A stretch of 64,000 bases of DNA from Rhynchobatus australiae (Eukaryota), in NCBI GenBank assembly GCA_034780895.1, contig JAUZTB010000073.1, forward strand, positions 17,282,386-17,346,385. The letters are read 5' to 3'. Every line of letters begins with the position of its first letter. Position 1 is the stretch's first letter. The position numbers and the translations under genes are program-made. Under the pieces are notes generated by a model, which did no database searches, was not told where the DNA came from, and saw nothing but the letters and a program-made list of their open reading frames with translations. Shown here in pieces: positions 39,471 through 52,500 of this stretch.

Positions 39471-40877
39471 CTCAAAATCAGACACACCTTATTTGTAAAT
39501 GGGCCTGCAAACACATACTCAGTATTATGAGTTCTAACTTCTTTCCCACTACCCCCCTCCCCCCCCCCCATCACCCAAGATGTCAACTCATTAGGTAGTG
39601 TGCCCACTCACATCCTTAATCTTCTGAATAATTGATCCAGGTGGGAATTTTTCTTGAGTAAATGAAGGTGTGGGAGGCATCAATGGGCATACAGTTTGCT
39701 TCAACCCCAAATTCCACATGGATACTTCCCAGCAGGAGTTCCTCTGTGATGCTGCCTAACTTCGACATCCCTAGCCCACGGGCACTGAGATCACTTTTGG
39801 CCACTACTAATTGAATACGACAGTGTGACAAGAGAAATACAAAACTATTCCAAAACCACAAGTTCAAAGGCATAGAAGGCTACAGAAGTGCTGGTAAATG
39901 GGACTAGCATAGATGTGTACAATGGTTGTCATGGTTACAGTGGGCTGAAGGGCTTGTTACTGTGCTATAGGATTCCATGACATGCAATGTCTTCTCTATA
40001 GCAACCACCCATGCAGCTGTCTCAATAGATGAAGGTGCATCAAGGTTTAGTGTTCCTTCGAAGACAGCCCCTTCCGCTTTACTGCTAAATCTGCTGTTGC
40101 CAATGGCTGCTAGTGTCTTGGAGTTCCCAAAGCTTCAGCCCTCTAACACAGCTGGACTGGCTGTATTTAGCTCTGCCCTGACAGGCATGTGATGAAATGG
40201 CTCACAGCAATGAAAAGCCGATTAATTGTCAGGGTAAATTCAGTTTCTCCCATCGTCACAATCAGAGTTAAATCCTGTCCAATCCCTCACAACCTGTCAC
40301 CCAGACTGGCTGCAGTCATAGACATTAAGCTCCAGGTTTGCAAAGAAATGGTCCTGAAAGATTTCCAGAGCAGCCTGTTAAATAGGAGTGAAGGAGACAG
40401 ATAGAACAAAGCATTCCAAAAACCAAAAAAGGTTAAATGACAAGGTCAAGGTTCAGCTTAACATTCCATCACATGTATAGATCAAATTATCCTGTGCCCC
40501 TTCACTGTGCCTTCCCCATGAATAAACCTAATGTACACATACTAGTTTTTAAAAGATGTACCATTAATCTTAGTGTAAGGAGGCCCTCCTTAAAAATCAA
40601 ACTGATAAATCCAGGTCATATTTTACCTTGTTAAATCATTCCCAGGATGTGGGAGTCACTGGAAAGGACAGCATTTATTGCCAGACCCTAATTGCCCTTG
40701 AAAAGGGTGAGCCACCATTTCAACAACTGCAGCCTGCATGCTGAAGGTACCTGCACAGTGCTACTGGATGGGGAAGTACAGAATGCAGCCCTAGTGATGA
40801 GGTAGGTGGTCAAGCTGTGTGTCATGGTGGTATGCAACTTGAATGGGAGCCTGGAGCCTCTGATGTTCCATGATCCT

Positions 40878-41101
40878 TTTTACACGCAAAGGGTGGTACA
40901 TATGTGGAATGAGCTGCCAGAGGAAGTGGTTGAGGCAGGTACAACAACTTAAAAGACAGTGGGACAAGTACATGGACTGGAAAGGTTTAAAAGATTATGG
41001 GACAAACATTGGCAAATGGGACTAGCTTGAATGGGGCATCTTGGTCAGCATGGACCAGTTGGGCCAAATGGCCTCTGTGCTGTATGACTCTACGATTCTA
41101 T
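40878..41101 (+). mobile_element. CR1-type LINE 3' tail inserted in an older minus-strand LINE tail (about 40630-41140)
   Basis: FTRKGWYMWNELPEEVVEAGT-like shadow (tggaatgagctgccagaggaagtggttgaggcaggt); ends ctgtgctgtatgactcta. Confidence 0.75.
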
Positions 41102-44100
41102 AATGCTCATGCTTTTTAAGTGGTAGAGCTCAAGGGCTTGGGGTGCAGGAGTGGTCGAAGCAGCTCTGGCAAGTTGCCAAGATTCCTTTCGTTACGATTT
41201 ACTATGGTAGGTATTCATACAAAGAACAGCTGGCACCACACAAAAGGATAAGCCTGCAGTGAAGCAGGTTCACTTCCCATAGTCGCTCAGTTAACGTGAG
41301 TCAGGTAGGTGACTGTTCCACCTGCAGGCGACTACATTGCTTAACCTGGCCACAGATTATAAACAGGCGGCAAGAAATACTGCTGTGTCCTCTGGATGAA
41401 AAGCAGAAAAGTGACCAAGGAGCAATAAGACCAACCCTCTTTAGCCTCACTGACACATCAATTGGCTTTTTATTACAGGCTTACCATATGGGGTTTGGCA
41501 CAAAAAAAACAAACCATTTCAGGCCTGGAGCTGCTTTGAGAGCATTGGCTCAACCTCCCGACCCCATCACGGACGGAAGCTTCAGCTGATACAAGAGNNN
41601 NNNNNNNNNNNNNNTGCAGGAAAGTGGCAGAGGTTCAAGGTCAGCCATGCCCAGACTAGACACAAGGGCTTGAATGGTCTAGTTCCACTTCATTTTCTTA
41701 CATTCTATGTACAACGTCAAGACAGACAATCTTCTGCTGTAATTTCCATCAGGAGAACGAGTCAGCCCACTGAGTAGAGACACAGCTGTGGGAATGCAGA
41801 CACTTTTTATAAGCAACAGCCACCCAATTTCAGAGATGCAAAGTCAAGGAAAGCAGATGACATGGGCAGGACTGCATGCATTATAACAGAATTACCATGC
41901 AATATAAAACTCTCCTCACCCTTGCCCAGCTCAGTCACCCACTGATCCACTGGCACACCAGAGATCTCCAATCACTCTCAATAAGCAGGGCATTCATATC
42001 CCGCATAGACAGGATATTGCATGTGTTATAAACACAGGGTCGGAATGCCACATACATTATAAATACAGAGAGACACAGTTGCACTGTCTCCTGCTTCCAG
42101 TCGTTATAAACAGGAAACATTCCTTGCTTTGTAATCTACAATTTAATATTCAGCTGTATAAATACATTTACCAACTTAAGGCTCCAGATTATATTAAAAA
42201 TGGATAAAGGCTAGTAATAATGAATTAAACATATGGGCTTCACACATCCATGTCCCAGGTTTGAAGCAGGGTTGGGGAAATCAGCATCTACAAATTAAAT
42301 GAGATTGGGCATTTGCACCAGGCAAGAACTGCTCACATTTAGCACAAAGCAGCATTGAACTGCTAACCTTGTTCACAAAATGCTCCGAGACAAATGGTGT
42401 GGAAAGTCGAAATGTCAAACAGCAGCAGAACTGACAACACTGGGGTTAGGAGCAAGACTCGATGATGGAGCAGAGTGCGACCCATTTAACCCAGGCATCA
42501 CTCACTGCCCAGAGTGCTGTTACTGGGTGAAATAACAGACCATTCCCAGCACTGGAATCCTGTATGCTGACAAAAGCTACACAGCACAACTGCAGAGACT
42601 GAGCTGGTGTTGCAAGAACAGCTAAATTGAGACTAATAAAGCATTCTCGTCGTTGCCAGAAATGATCATTTGGAATCAATCTGGTCACACTAGGTACTGG
42701 CTCAGATCACTAACCCTGGTAGATTTTACTGGCATGTTTCAAACCAACAACAACCAGCCCCTCCTGCCACATTTCCCAATCAATCCACCCCCTCAATCTT
42801 TATTTACTTAAACTCAGCAGAAACAGCAAGCAAAAAGGGTCACAGTGTACTCCTTACTGTAAATGCTTTTGNNNNNNNNNNTAAACTCCCTCACACTAAG
42901 CCCCACCCTCCTCTCCAAACCACATTTGTGGTCCTGGGTGCTTTGATTTACTGATGAACAAGCTACATTCCCTTTGCCCTGAGCTTCAATTTATTTCCAG
43001 GATGCCATTTGAACAGATGGGACTCCAGGGGGTTAGAGGCTGATTAAAACCTACTTGACCTGCCGCTCACCTGACCAGACACATCCAAAGCCGAAACAGT
43101 TCTTTGAATGCTTTAATAAACATTACTGATGGTTAAGCTGCCAACACAAGATCAGTGACCATCAGGCTTTCCGGTCTGACCCAGAAATACACTCAATCTT
43201 ATTGTCCATTATAAAGACTTCTGGTAATAAGACTTGCATTATACTAGGATACGTTTGGGCACGAAAGATTTTCACTCAGTTAAAATATGCACATCAATTC
43301 ATCCTCCCACTGTCAGTCAATGCTCCAAATCAGACAGCTCTGTGAAATGTGGTTGTTTACAGTAAACAGTGACACTGCTGTGAAGGTGACTTTGCCCAGT
43401 GAAACTCAACATTGCTCAAATGAAACCCAAGTGCAGCGCGTGTCACAAGTTTTGATTTGATGCTTCAAAAAAAAACACGCAATTCTGAAGTCAGAACAAA
43501 TAGTGAACCATTTGCACTCTTTCTTGCCCAATCACATTGAGACATTATTTACTTAAAGAAAGAATGATACTTGATAAACAGTTTCGGTACATTGAACCCT
43601 TTGGTTCTGACTTGCTTGCTCCAACTCGTCCTTTGCCTATTTTAATAAAGAATGGAACATGATTGAATGTCCTGTGGTTGCAGCTACATCCCCAATAGCA
43701 CCAGGCATCATGGGGTGCAACAACCCCACAGCTCTAGTGATCTGGATTGAATTGAATATTCTGTCTCCCTGTGCTGTGCTCCCTCAGTCGGTGGACCCCA
43801 TGCATTGCTGTCCCAGCCTATTTGATGCCCCTGCCATTTGCACCAATGGCCCACTGAGAAAACCCGGCACAGAAAACAGAATCCAGCCAGGGTACTGCAT
43901 CCCAGCATCACCATCCTAATCACAACTACCACCAGTAAGAAATTGTAACTCCAGCCATTAAAGCAACACCTTGCTACAGTCTAGTCCCAAACGTCGGTGT
44001 GTCATGGAGATTGGGGTGGAGCCTGGATAATTCAGTCACATACAACACAATCACCAGGACCCAGTGTAAACAGCTCAAAATATGTCAGGCCTATGCACCT

Positions 44101-44509
44101 TCACTTCTATTTCTTAAATGACTGTTCACCCAAAATACAAACCAGCTTCCCCCTGCCCTAAAGGATACTGCCATCACCAGGTTAACTGAAAGAGGATACA
44201 TGGAGGATGGGCCGGGGTGGGGGGGAGATGGGGTGAGGGCAGACATGNNNNNNNNNNNNNNNNNNNNNNNNNNNNNNNNNNNNNNNNNNNNNNNNNNNNN
44301 NNNNNNNNNNNNNNNNNNNNNNNNNNNNNNNNNNNNNNNNNNNNNNNCTTGGCGGTGGGGCGGGGGTGGGGGGGAGATGGGGGTTTGGTGGAGGGAGAAA
44401 GGGGTTGAGGAAAAACCCAGCTCCACTGATGCAAATAGGCCATGGTTAGGGGTCAGGTATTAGTTTCAAAAAGTGAAGATACATCATACTTTATATACTG
44501 TATCAAGTC

Positions 44510-44790
44510 CATGCCACCTCTGTGTCGTCAATCCCATTCCTCCACTTATTTTCCTGTAACCTTTCCTCTCTCACGTGACCCATCTTCTCCCTGATTCTCC
44601 CATCACAAACCTACTCTGGGGGCAGTTCACAGTGGCCAATAAACCCAACAACTAGCCACAGCTTAAGGACATGGGAGGAAACCCACACAGTCGTAGGGAG
44701 AATGTGTAAACTGCACACACACAATACAGGAGGTCAGGATTGAGCTGGGGCACTGGAGCTGAGGGGCAGTGGCACTACCTGTTGCATTCC
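44510..44790 (-). mobile_element. Older V-SINE copy
   Basis: gggaggaaacccacacagtcgtaggggagaatgtgtaaactgcacac...ggaggtcaggattga, homologous to the 20.8 kb copy. Confidence 0.72.
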
Positions 44791-46499
44791 AGCACTACTG
44801 ACGATGTGGTTGCAAGTGCAGGGGCCTAGGAATTCAGTCATATTCAATACATTATTTTTAGTACTGGACATCTTTAAAACAAATGCTAATTCCAAGAATG
44901 AATTGCAATAGGGATGAGTTCCAGGGAAAATCACATCGGGAAATTCAACCGGGTACAAACTGTGGGGCAATTGATGTGCCACATCACTTGATCCACACAT
45001 GACATCTTTGGAGTATTGCCCAGAAAACTAGATCACATAGCCTAAACCACACCTTGAAGCTATCAGTTAGCAAGCAGCAACTGATTGCCCCACTAGTGTT
45101 CATTATTCTCATTACCCAAGATCATTAACCTCATTAATTAGCCACCTCCCTGAACTGGCTCATGTTTCCATTCCGAGTCCAGTTTCACCTGCGGTAATCC
45201 ACCGCAGATTTGGGTTATACTGGAGAGTTCAGCCTGAAGACCCTGCTTCCTAAAAGAAGAGTAGGTGATGGCGACAGAGCAGTCATGCTTCGTGGTTAGG
45301 AAGGCTGGGGCAAGTTATGCTCAGTTCTAGTTAGGTTGGTTACTCCCAGAATAGCCATGTTTACACAGTGCCATACAAACTTTAGCAGGGGTTTCCAGGA
45401 ACAGGGCCCTGCCAGATGCTGGGAACTTTTATCTGGGAGGTCCCCTGTAATATTTTTGTGAAGTAACTTGTACCCAGCCTTGTTCATAGTTTCTAGTTTC
45501 CTATGCACTTCAGGCACAGGAGAACATTCAATGGGCAGTCATTAATCCCTGCAGCTGTAGGCCTCCAGATCCAGCGAAGCCTCCCACAACAGGCCATTGA
45601 CCTGAACAGATACTGGCCTGCGAATGGCATAGATGGCTTCTTGGCCAGGGAGGGTTCCTCACCTCAAACAACAGCCCTTACCGTTCCAAATCCTGAGGAG
45701 GATTAAAAAGTGCCATTTTATCACTTTCACATTCAGGTGTGACTAAATATCAATGGCCTGAAGGGAACAGATCAGAGTCACTTAATATCTGGTGACTCAA
45801 TCAACCATCCTGAGTTGGAAATATATCAAACAATCCTTCATGGTCACTGAGTCTAAATCCTTCAACACCCTCTCGGGAGTTTTGTGAGAGCGCCTTCATC
45901 AGATATAATACAGCAGTTCAAGGTAGTGGCTCAGCACAATGGTCCCAAGGGTAATGTTACCTTGCTCCAATAAATGAGTGAGGAAGATGAACCACAGGTT
46001 GCCCAATGGGGACAAGCTGAATTTATGCTGCACTTTTCACAGTACAACTACTGACCGTCCCAAGCTGCTCCAGAGTAGCAAGAGATGACAAAATTTGCTG
46101 CTGTAACAACTGGAGATATTGGCACCTGGGGCCTAAAGTTTGTACAGGGACACAGGTTGATTGAGGGAGCCTACGTAGTCGGTGACATGGCCACCAGTGT
46201 CTAACATCATAGACACATCAAGGGCCAGAGTGGAAAATACGGGAAGGGTGAGGTGTGACAAGATTGGGAAAAATCATCTCGCAATGGCCACCCCAGTAAA
46301 CATTGAACACTCAGAAGAGACACGTCAGCACCTAGCAGAGACAGACTAACATTGTGGTGGGACACCATTAGCAGAGCTCAGATGGAAAACTTCAACAGAA
46401 CCAACTCATTAACCATCTTATCTTCAAGCAGAGCTGCCATGAGTTTCCAGAACATTGCTTTTTGGTAAAAGGAGCCCCAAAAGGGTCACAAGTACTTAC

Positions 46500-46617
46500 A
46501 TCTTCCAGTTATATTTAGTTGCAGGTGGGTTCCCATCTGCTTTACACGTCAGTCTCACATTCTCTCTGTTCAAGTACCAATTCCCATCAAATCCTTCCAC
46601 AGTAACCTCTGGTTCAT
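46500..46617 (-). CDS. NECTIN1: Nectin-1 coding exon 4 (first half of third Ig domain)
   Basis: Not in the ORF track; translated by hand as (Y)EPEVTVEGFDGNWYLNRENVRLTCKADGNPPATKYNWK(M), matching nectin-1 YEPEVTIEGFDGNWYL...LTCKADANPPAT. Acceptor ctctgcag|, donor AT|gtaagt; 118 bp, phase 1-2. Confidence 0.96.
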
Positions 46618-47367
46618 CTGCAGAGATCAACAAATTCAGTAAAATGGAAAATTCAGAGATCCATTCATTTTAATCTTACCCAAGACCCAAAGATTTCATT
46701 ATTTGTCATAACCCATTTATTGAGCCTAAAACACGAGTCACCTTGTTACTTAAAATGAAGCAGTTTGTAATAAAGTGTCCCTCATAAGTTTGCCCTCTCA
46801 GTAAACATCACACATTAATCTATTATCTACGAGTTTGATTCAATATGTTCTAAAGGAGGCTAAGAGAGACCTACAATGACATGCTGAAAGATGTTGGGTG
46901 GTGCACATGGTGCAGAATATGTTAGAGTTTTGTAGAGCACGCCTAGCCTCCTCATTGCCCTCCCACTCCTCAGATTTCCTGCCTCTCTCCCAACCGCCAC
47001 TTGGCTTGCCTTGAAACCCCTACCCCTGCCTCCCTTCATTATACTGGTTTGAATCCATTCCTTTGACACCTCCACCCACAATGTGATCCATCCTACATGT
47101 GACTACTTTCCCTTCTAGCCAGTCTCTCAGTGTCAGGCATTGAAGCTGCTTCCCATACATATGGAGTGCTGTCAGAATTCACAGGAAAAAAGGAGGGGTG
47201 TTGAGAATACAGGAGGGCCAAGGTTATCACTGTATGGATGCCTCAGAGCATGGGGTGACATGTGTAGACTAACAGAAGCAGAACACCCTACATTATTGAC
47301 AGCTGAACCAAAGCCAATTCACCTCTATGCTTAAACCATTACTAACAGTGCTGTTGCTGATACTCAC

Positions 47368-47670
47368 ACTGCACATTTAACATCAGCACTTTGGTGGTCC
47401 GATCCATTTGGTAATTCACCACACACGTCAGTGGCTGCCGATGAGCTTCCCTTGAGGGAACCAACAGATATTGGCTGGTCACTGTGATGGTGCCATTTTG
47501 GTTTCGAGATTCTTTAACAATCGTCTCCCCATTGACTTTTGTCTCCCAGGTGATAACACCTGGTGGCTTCCCATTGGCGCATGTACATGTTGCTACTACG
47601 ATCTTCCTTGGATGGTCAGCCCTGGCTATGATGGTGTGTGGAGTCAGCTCAGCATCGATCACTGGTCTGG
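47368..47670 (-). CDS. NECTIN1: Nectin-1 coding exon 3 (first Ig C2/C1-type domain)
   Basis: (A)RPVIDAELTPHTIIARADHPRKIVVATCTCANGKPPGVITWETKVNGETIVKESRNQNGTITVTSQYLLVPSREAHRQPLTCVVNYQMDRTTKVLMLNVQ. Acceptor ttgtcttgtag|, donor T|gtgagt; 303 bp, phase 1-1, in frame with exon 2. Confidence 0.96.
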
Positions 47671-48289
47671 CTACAAGACAAGTATAAAATAATTAGTGAA
47701 GAACCACATGTTGTCATAATTGAACACACCCCATCCTCCTGAATATAATCAAACTTTACTGTGATTGGCACCCAGTCACACAGCAACAGGAATACAGTGA
47801 CATGGTCGGGCACTCAAACACCAAATGCCACATCCTCCCAAGTACATGTGCCTCACAGAAAAAAAGAATTAAATGATGCCAAGGTTCGGATTGAACAGTT
47901 ATAAAATATCTCAAAGGACCTCAAGTCAGGAATAGAGTGACGCACGAACTGCTACAGATTTACTGCTGGGCCTGATGGGAGTGTTAAGGTGGTTGGGTGT
48001 GTTCAGGGGAATAGGGGAGAAAAGTGGGGGAGAGAGGGCGAGAGTCAGGGAGAAAGAGGAATGAGAGATGAGAGAATGGGAGAAAGGGGAGGGAGAATAT
48101 TCATTGAAAATGAAAGCCTGAGAAAGAGCAACAAAGATTTGGAGACAAAAGCCGATGGGGAAGAGGAGGAAAGACAGCTAGTCAACCTTGCAAAGTCTTT
48201 GTCACAAATGTCTGGGGACCAGTTTCTAAAATTGGCCAAGTTGTCAAACTGACATAGTTGTACTCGGAGAATCATGCCTTCCAGCTTAA

Positions 48290-48858
48290 GTGCCTTGCTC
48301 GTCAATCATGATCCCTGTATGCTCTATCCCACTGGCTGGGAAAACTGGCGGTAGCACCATGGTATGTGGGAGAGAGACATAGTCCTGGGAGGCCTGAATA
48401 TTGATTCAAGACCCCACGAAGTCTCATGACATCAGGTCAAACCTGGACAATGAAACCTCTTCCTGATTACTGCTCAACATCCACCTTCAGTTGATGAATC
48501 AAGGGTTGCAGGAAGTACAGAGAAAATGCTTGGAGGATCAAGGCTAGCTTGGTAGCATCACCACTGACTGGATTGGCCAAGGGACATGGCTCCCAGATAG
48601 GGTAGGCAGGCAGATCATAAAGCCAAATCCTAGAGGCAATGCGAGAGCAGCTACCCTCAATGTCAAGGTGTGCCACTGAGAAATCCCTGCTAATCTCAAG
48701 TCAGTAGCATTCAAGGGGAAAATACTCCAATGGTTGGAGTTGTACCTCACCAAAAGGAAGATGCTGTGGTTGTTGCAGACCAATCACCCCAGCTCCAGGT
48801 GCTTCTCAAAGCAGTGCCCTGGCCCCAGGCAACTTCATCAGCTTCACCTATGACCTCC
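48290..48858 (+). mobile_element. Old LINE (L2/CR1-group) internal fragments
   Basis: Degenerate RT-like peptides (ATLNVK/ALDIK.AFD.VWH-like; WLELYLTKRKML.VV; VPQ.S.L.P-like); runs into a gap. Confidence 0.5.
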
Positions 48859-49371
48859 NNNNNNNNNNNNNNNNNNNNNNNNNNNNNNNNNNNNNNNNNN
48901 NNNNNNNNNNNNNNNNNNNNNNNNNNNNNNNNNNNNNNNNNNNNNNNNNNNNNNNNNNNNNNNNNNNNNNNNNNNNNNNNNNNNNNNNNNNNNNNNNNNN
49001 NNNNNNNNNNNNNNNNNNNNNNNNNNNNNNNNNNNNNNNNNNNNNNNNNNNNNNNNNNNNNNNNNNNNNNNNNNNNNNNNNNNNNNNNNNNNNNNNNNNN
49101 NNNNNNNNNNNNNNNNNNNNNNNNNNNNNNNNNNNNNNNNNNNNNNNNNNNNNNNNNNNNNNNNNNNNNNNNNNNNNNNNNNNNNNNNNNNNNNNNNNNN
49201 NNNNNNNNNNNNNNNNNNNNNNNNNNNNNNNNNNNNNNNNNNNNNNNNNNNNNNNNNNNNNNNNNNNNNNNNNNNNNNNNNNNNNNNNNNNNNNNNNNNN
49301 NNNNNNNNNNNNNNNNNNNNNNNNNNNNNNNNNNNNNNNNNNNNNNNNNNNNNNNNNNNNNNNNNNNNNNN

Positions 49372-49570
49372 CGAACCTCTATTGGCGGCCGCAGGTAGAC
49401 GCACAGGAGCGCGTCACGATTGAACCGCGGGGCGGGCCTTCCAGCGGGGACCTGACGTCACGTCCACCAGACAGGCTCTCGGGTACTTTTGCGCGCGTGT
49501 TTTGTCTCTCAGTAAACTGTGCCTCCATGTCTCCTGAGTTTTCCTTCCGGAAAAGTGTCACGTTCGGCTA
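49372..49570. promoter_or_regulatory. CpG-rich promoter-like segment in NECTIN1 intron 2
   Basis: High CpG density in an otherwise CpG-depleted window. ATTGG 49381, GGGGCGGG 49429-49436, perfect CRE TGACGTCA 49453-49460, tttgcgcgc near 49488, TTCCGGAA 49545-49552. Abuts a 513-N gap. Confidence 0.62.
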
Positions 49571-52500
49571 CACAAGTGACATTCACAAGGACTAATCCAA
49601 GTACGAGGCAAAAAGCATGTCCTACAAAAGGAAGCTCTACCTACTCTTGGAATTCAATGGTAATACCATCACCCATATCCTTTAAATGGATAAAAGAGTG
49701 TACAATAGGTGTGTCCACTTAAAATACCTCTTCAGAAAGTAAATTGTGCCCCATTAATAAAACCTTAATGGCAGAACACTACCATTGCAGGAAGTCTGAG
49801 TGAGGCATACATGTGTTGGAAATGCATAGAAAGCCAGTCAGCATCTGTAAAGGAAGAACAGATGTGACATTTCTGGCATGCAGCCATGGGAAGGCATCCA
49901 CCCAAAATTTCAACCCATCTTTCCCCAATTGGGTTAGTTGGAAAGCAAAGGCAGGAGGAGAGCAAGTGGCAGAGAAATCTCTCTGCAGTGTGCAATAGAC
50001 ACATGGGCGATGGAACAATAGAGGATACAGAGAGGCAAGACAAACATTATCAGCAGATATCTGTGCAAAAGGTGAATGTGAAAGAGTCCACAGAGACCCA
50101 ACTAATAAAAATGAGTTGTGTATTTGCATGCATGTTGTATGCTGAAACACAACTCGTATTCTGTGTACTTCAGTCATAACTGATAGGGGAGGGCTCAGAA
50201 AACAGCAAGTGAACTGAATGTTTGTGTTGTAAAACACTGGATTATTTCTGACACTTAGTTAATTAATGGATCACATCACCTTAAATGATCATCAATTTGG
50301 GATTAACATTACAAATTGCTTGAATGTTGTGAATAAGTGGTGGTGCTTTATATTTATAGCCACATTTGCCATAAATAAATGTTAAAATACAGCAGTCAAT
50401 AATCTTTTTAATAATTTATAGTAAAGGATGGACATTATCTGAGCCAGGTACACACACAGGCAATTAGAAGTGAAACCATTTTACTCCAGAGCTTCAGGAT
50501 GTTTTCTCTCCAGCAAAATTAGACTACTCTTGTTCCTCCACACACACAAAAATGTGGAGACAGAGACCGCAGGGGGTGCAGGGAGAGCAGAGGTAAAGAG
50601 TGAAGGGGTAGGGTGTCCCTGAGGGTGGGATGGGGAGGGGAGAGGGGCAGGAGGACCCCACGGGTGGAGAAAAAAGGAGGCAGGAGGGACAGGGCAGGGA
50701 GGAGAGCAGCGCAAAGTCCTCCCCCCTCAAGGACGGGGGCTGGGAACCTATAAACAGAACAGGAAGATGATGTTGACGACATTAACATTAAAGATAAATC
50801 CTCATTAATAGACTATCTCATCCACTTTCCTCAGAAGTATTCAGGCCCCACTGCATTGATATCTGGATTTGTCCATTCTTGGGAGGCAGGGGGAATACTA
50901 CAGACCTGCGGGTGAGTTTGGGTGAAGCACACACAGGGTTGGCAGATGCACAGACCATCAAAGTTTGGAGGGGGGGTGGGGCCATGACCGAGAAAGGAAG
51001 ACAAAAAAAATAAATCGGACCAGGAGTAATTGTGTTGAAGTGGCACACACTCTGAACATGAAATCAAGAGAAAACAGCTCCAACTAAAGCCTCTTCTTGT
51101 TGATCGGTTGGGGTGATCTTATAAAAGGCATAAATGAAGGAGATTTTTTAATAGAGTGGACACAGGGAGATTTTTTCCACCTGTGGGACTGAGCAGGGCC
51201 CNNNNNNNNNNNNNNNNNNNNNNNNNNNNNNNNNNNNNNNNNNNNNNNNNNNNNNNNNNNNNNNNNNNNNNNNNNNNNNNNNNNNNNNNNNNNNNNNNNN
51301 NNNNNNNNNNNNNNNNNNNNNNNNNNNNNNNNNNNNNNNNNNNNNNNNNNNNNNNNNNNNNNNNNNNNNNNNNNNNNNNNNNNNNNNNNNNNNNNNNNNN
51401 NNNNNNNNNNNNNNNNNNNNNNNNNNNNNNNNNNNNNNNNNNNNNNNNNNNNNNNNNNNNNNNNNNNNNNNNNNNNNNNNNNNNNNNNNNNNNNNNNNNN
51501 NNNNNNNNNNNNNNNNNNNCATGCTAATCTTGGGGATGAGGCCTACATGGATGTGGCTAGTGTCCAGCATCAACCCTGGCTGCAGCTGCCATGGAGCTAG
51601 ATTCAGGCATTTAAATAACAATTGGCAGTTTCTGCACTTTTTTCCGCTGGTGCTACACTGGTAATCAAATTGAAGGTAAACAGTACTCCCACAATATTAC
51701 GCACCTCAATAGGACAAGTCACTGCGATGGAGCAACAGGCTGCCTTCAGTAATGGAATAAAGACCACGTTACTGTGGTAGGGATCTCACATTTGCATTTT
51801 CAATTGAACACATTTGAAACAAATCTCCAGGAGCTGATGTGCATGAGCAGCACTGGGGAAGAGTTGGGAAGCCAAGAGACTCGACCCCTAAACTGTCCCA
51901 TCACATTGTCATGCAAAGCAAATGTTTTGTGTAGACCAGCTTGCTAATGAAAAGGTTAAATGCGCCTCAGTCCTCAGACAGTGAATGGGTGTCATCTGCA
52001 GAATTCCATGGATCACTGGAGCTTTGTTCTTGCCCATGCTGCTGAGATGATTTGCTGCTCTGCTCCAACCTGGAGAGCCCGTGTATCCTTATTTTGCTAA
52101 ATGTCAGATGCTGCTTAATAGCACAGGCCCTCAGTCACGTAGAGATACAGACAGCTGTTGCCTTTCATTCGACTCCTACAGTTAAATAGATGACTTATGA
52201 ACACATCAGAATGTGCAGCAGAGAAACAGACCATCTGCCCACAAAGAACCAGGTCTTAGATCTGCAGTCAGACCATATCTAGTATAGAACCAGTCCTGAT
52301 GCAGGGTTTTAACCTGAAGCATTGACAATTCTTTTCCTTCCACAGAGCTGTAGACTGTAGCTGCCATTCCATAGCTAGCATTAGCTAGATGCCATAACTG
52401 ATACAAGGTATAGGATTACATGCGAATACAAAGACAAGCAGTTCAGCTTGTGTTTAGAAGCTCTGTGGGTGGAAGTGCGTGCACCATGCTGCATAAAGTT

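Noticed and set aside
42230-42420. Possible ancient conserved SINE (LF-SINE/DeuSINE-like); similar impressions at 61500-61780 and 62320-62520
   Set aside because: Resemblance too vague to support without an alignment.
45189-45249. 61-bp AG...GT bounded minus-strand segment as a cassette exon in intron 4
   Set aside because: Weak donor (gtgaaa), would frameshift the third Ig domain, and the peptide has no homology.
47990-48180. E/R/G-rich ORFs (also 6770-6840, 44200-44420, 50560-50740, 53500-53620)
   Set aside because: Purine-rich low-complexity DNA, not coding.
48730-49404. Long ORFs spanning N runs (also 3011-3678, 10499-11069, 31944-32459, 51148-51621, 53216-53893, 60707-61477)
   Set aside because: Length is an artefact of X residues from gaps.
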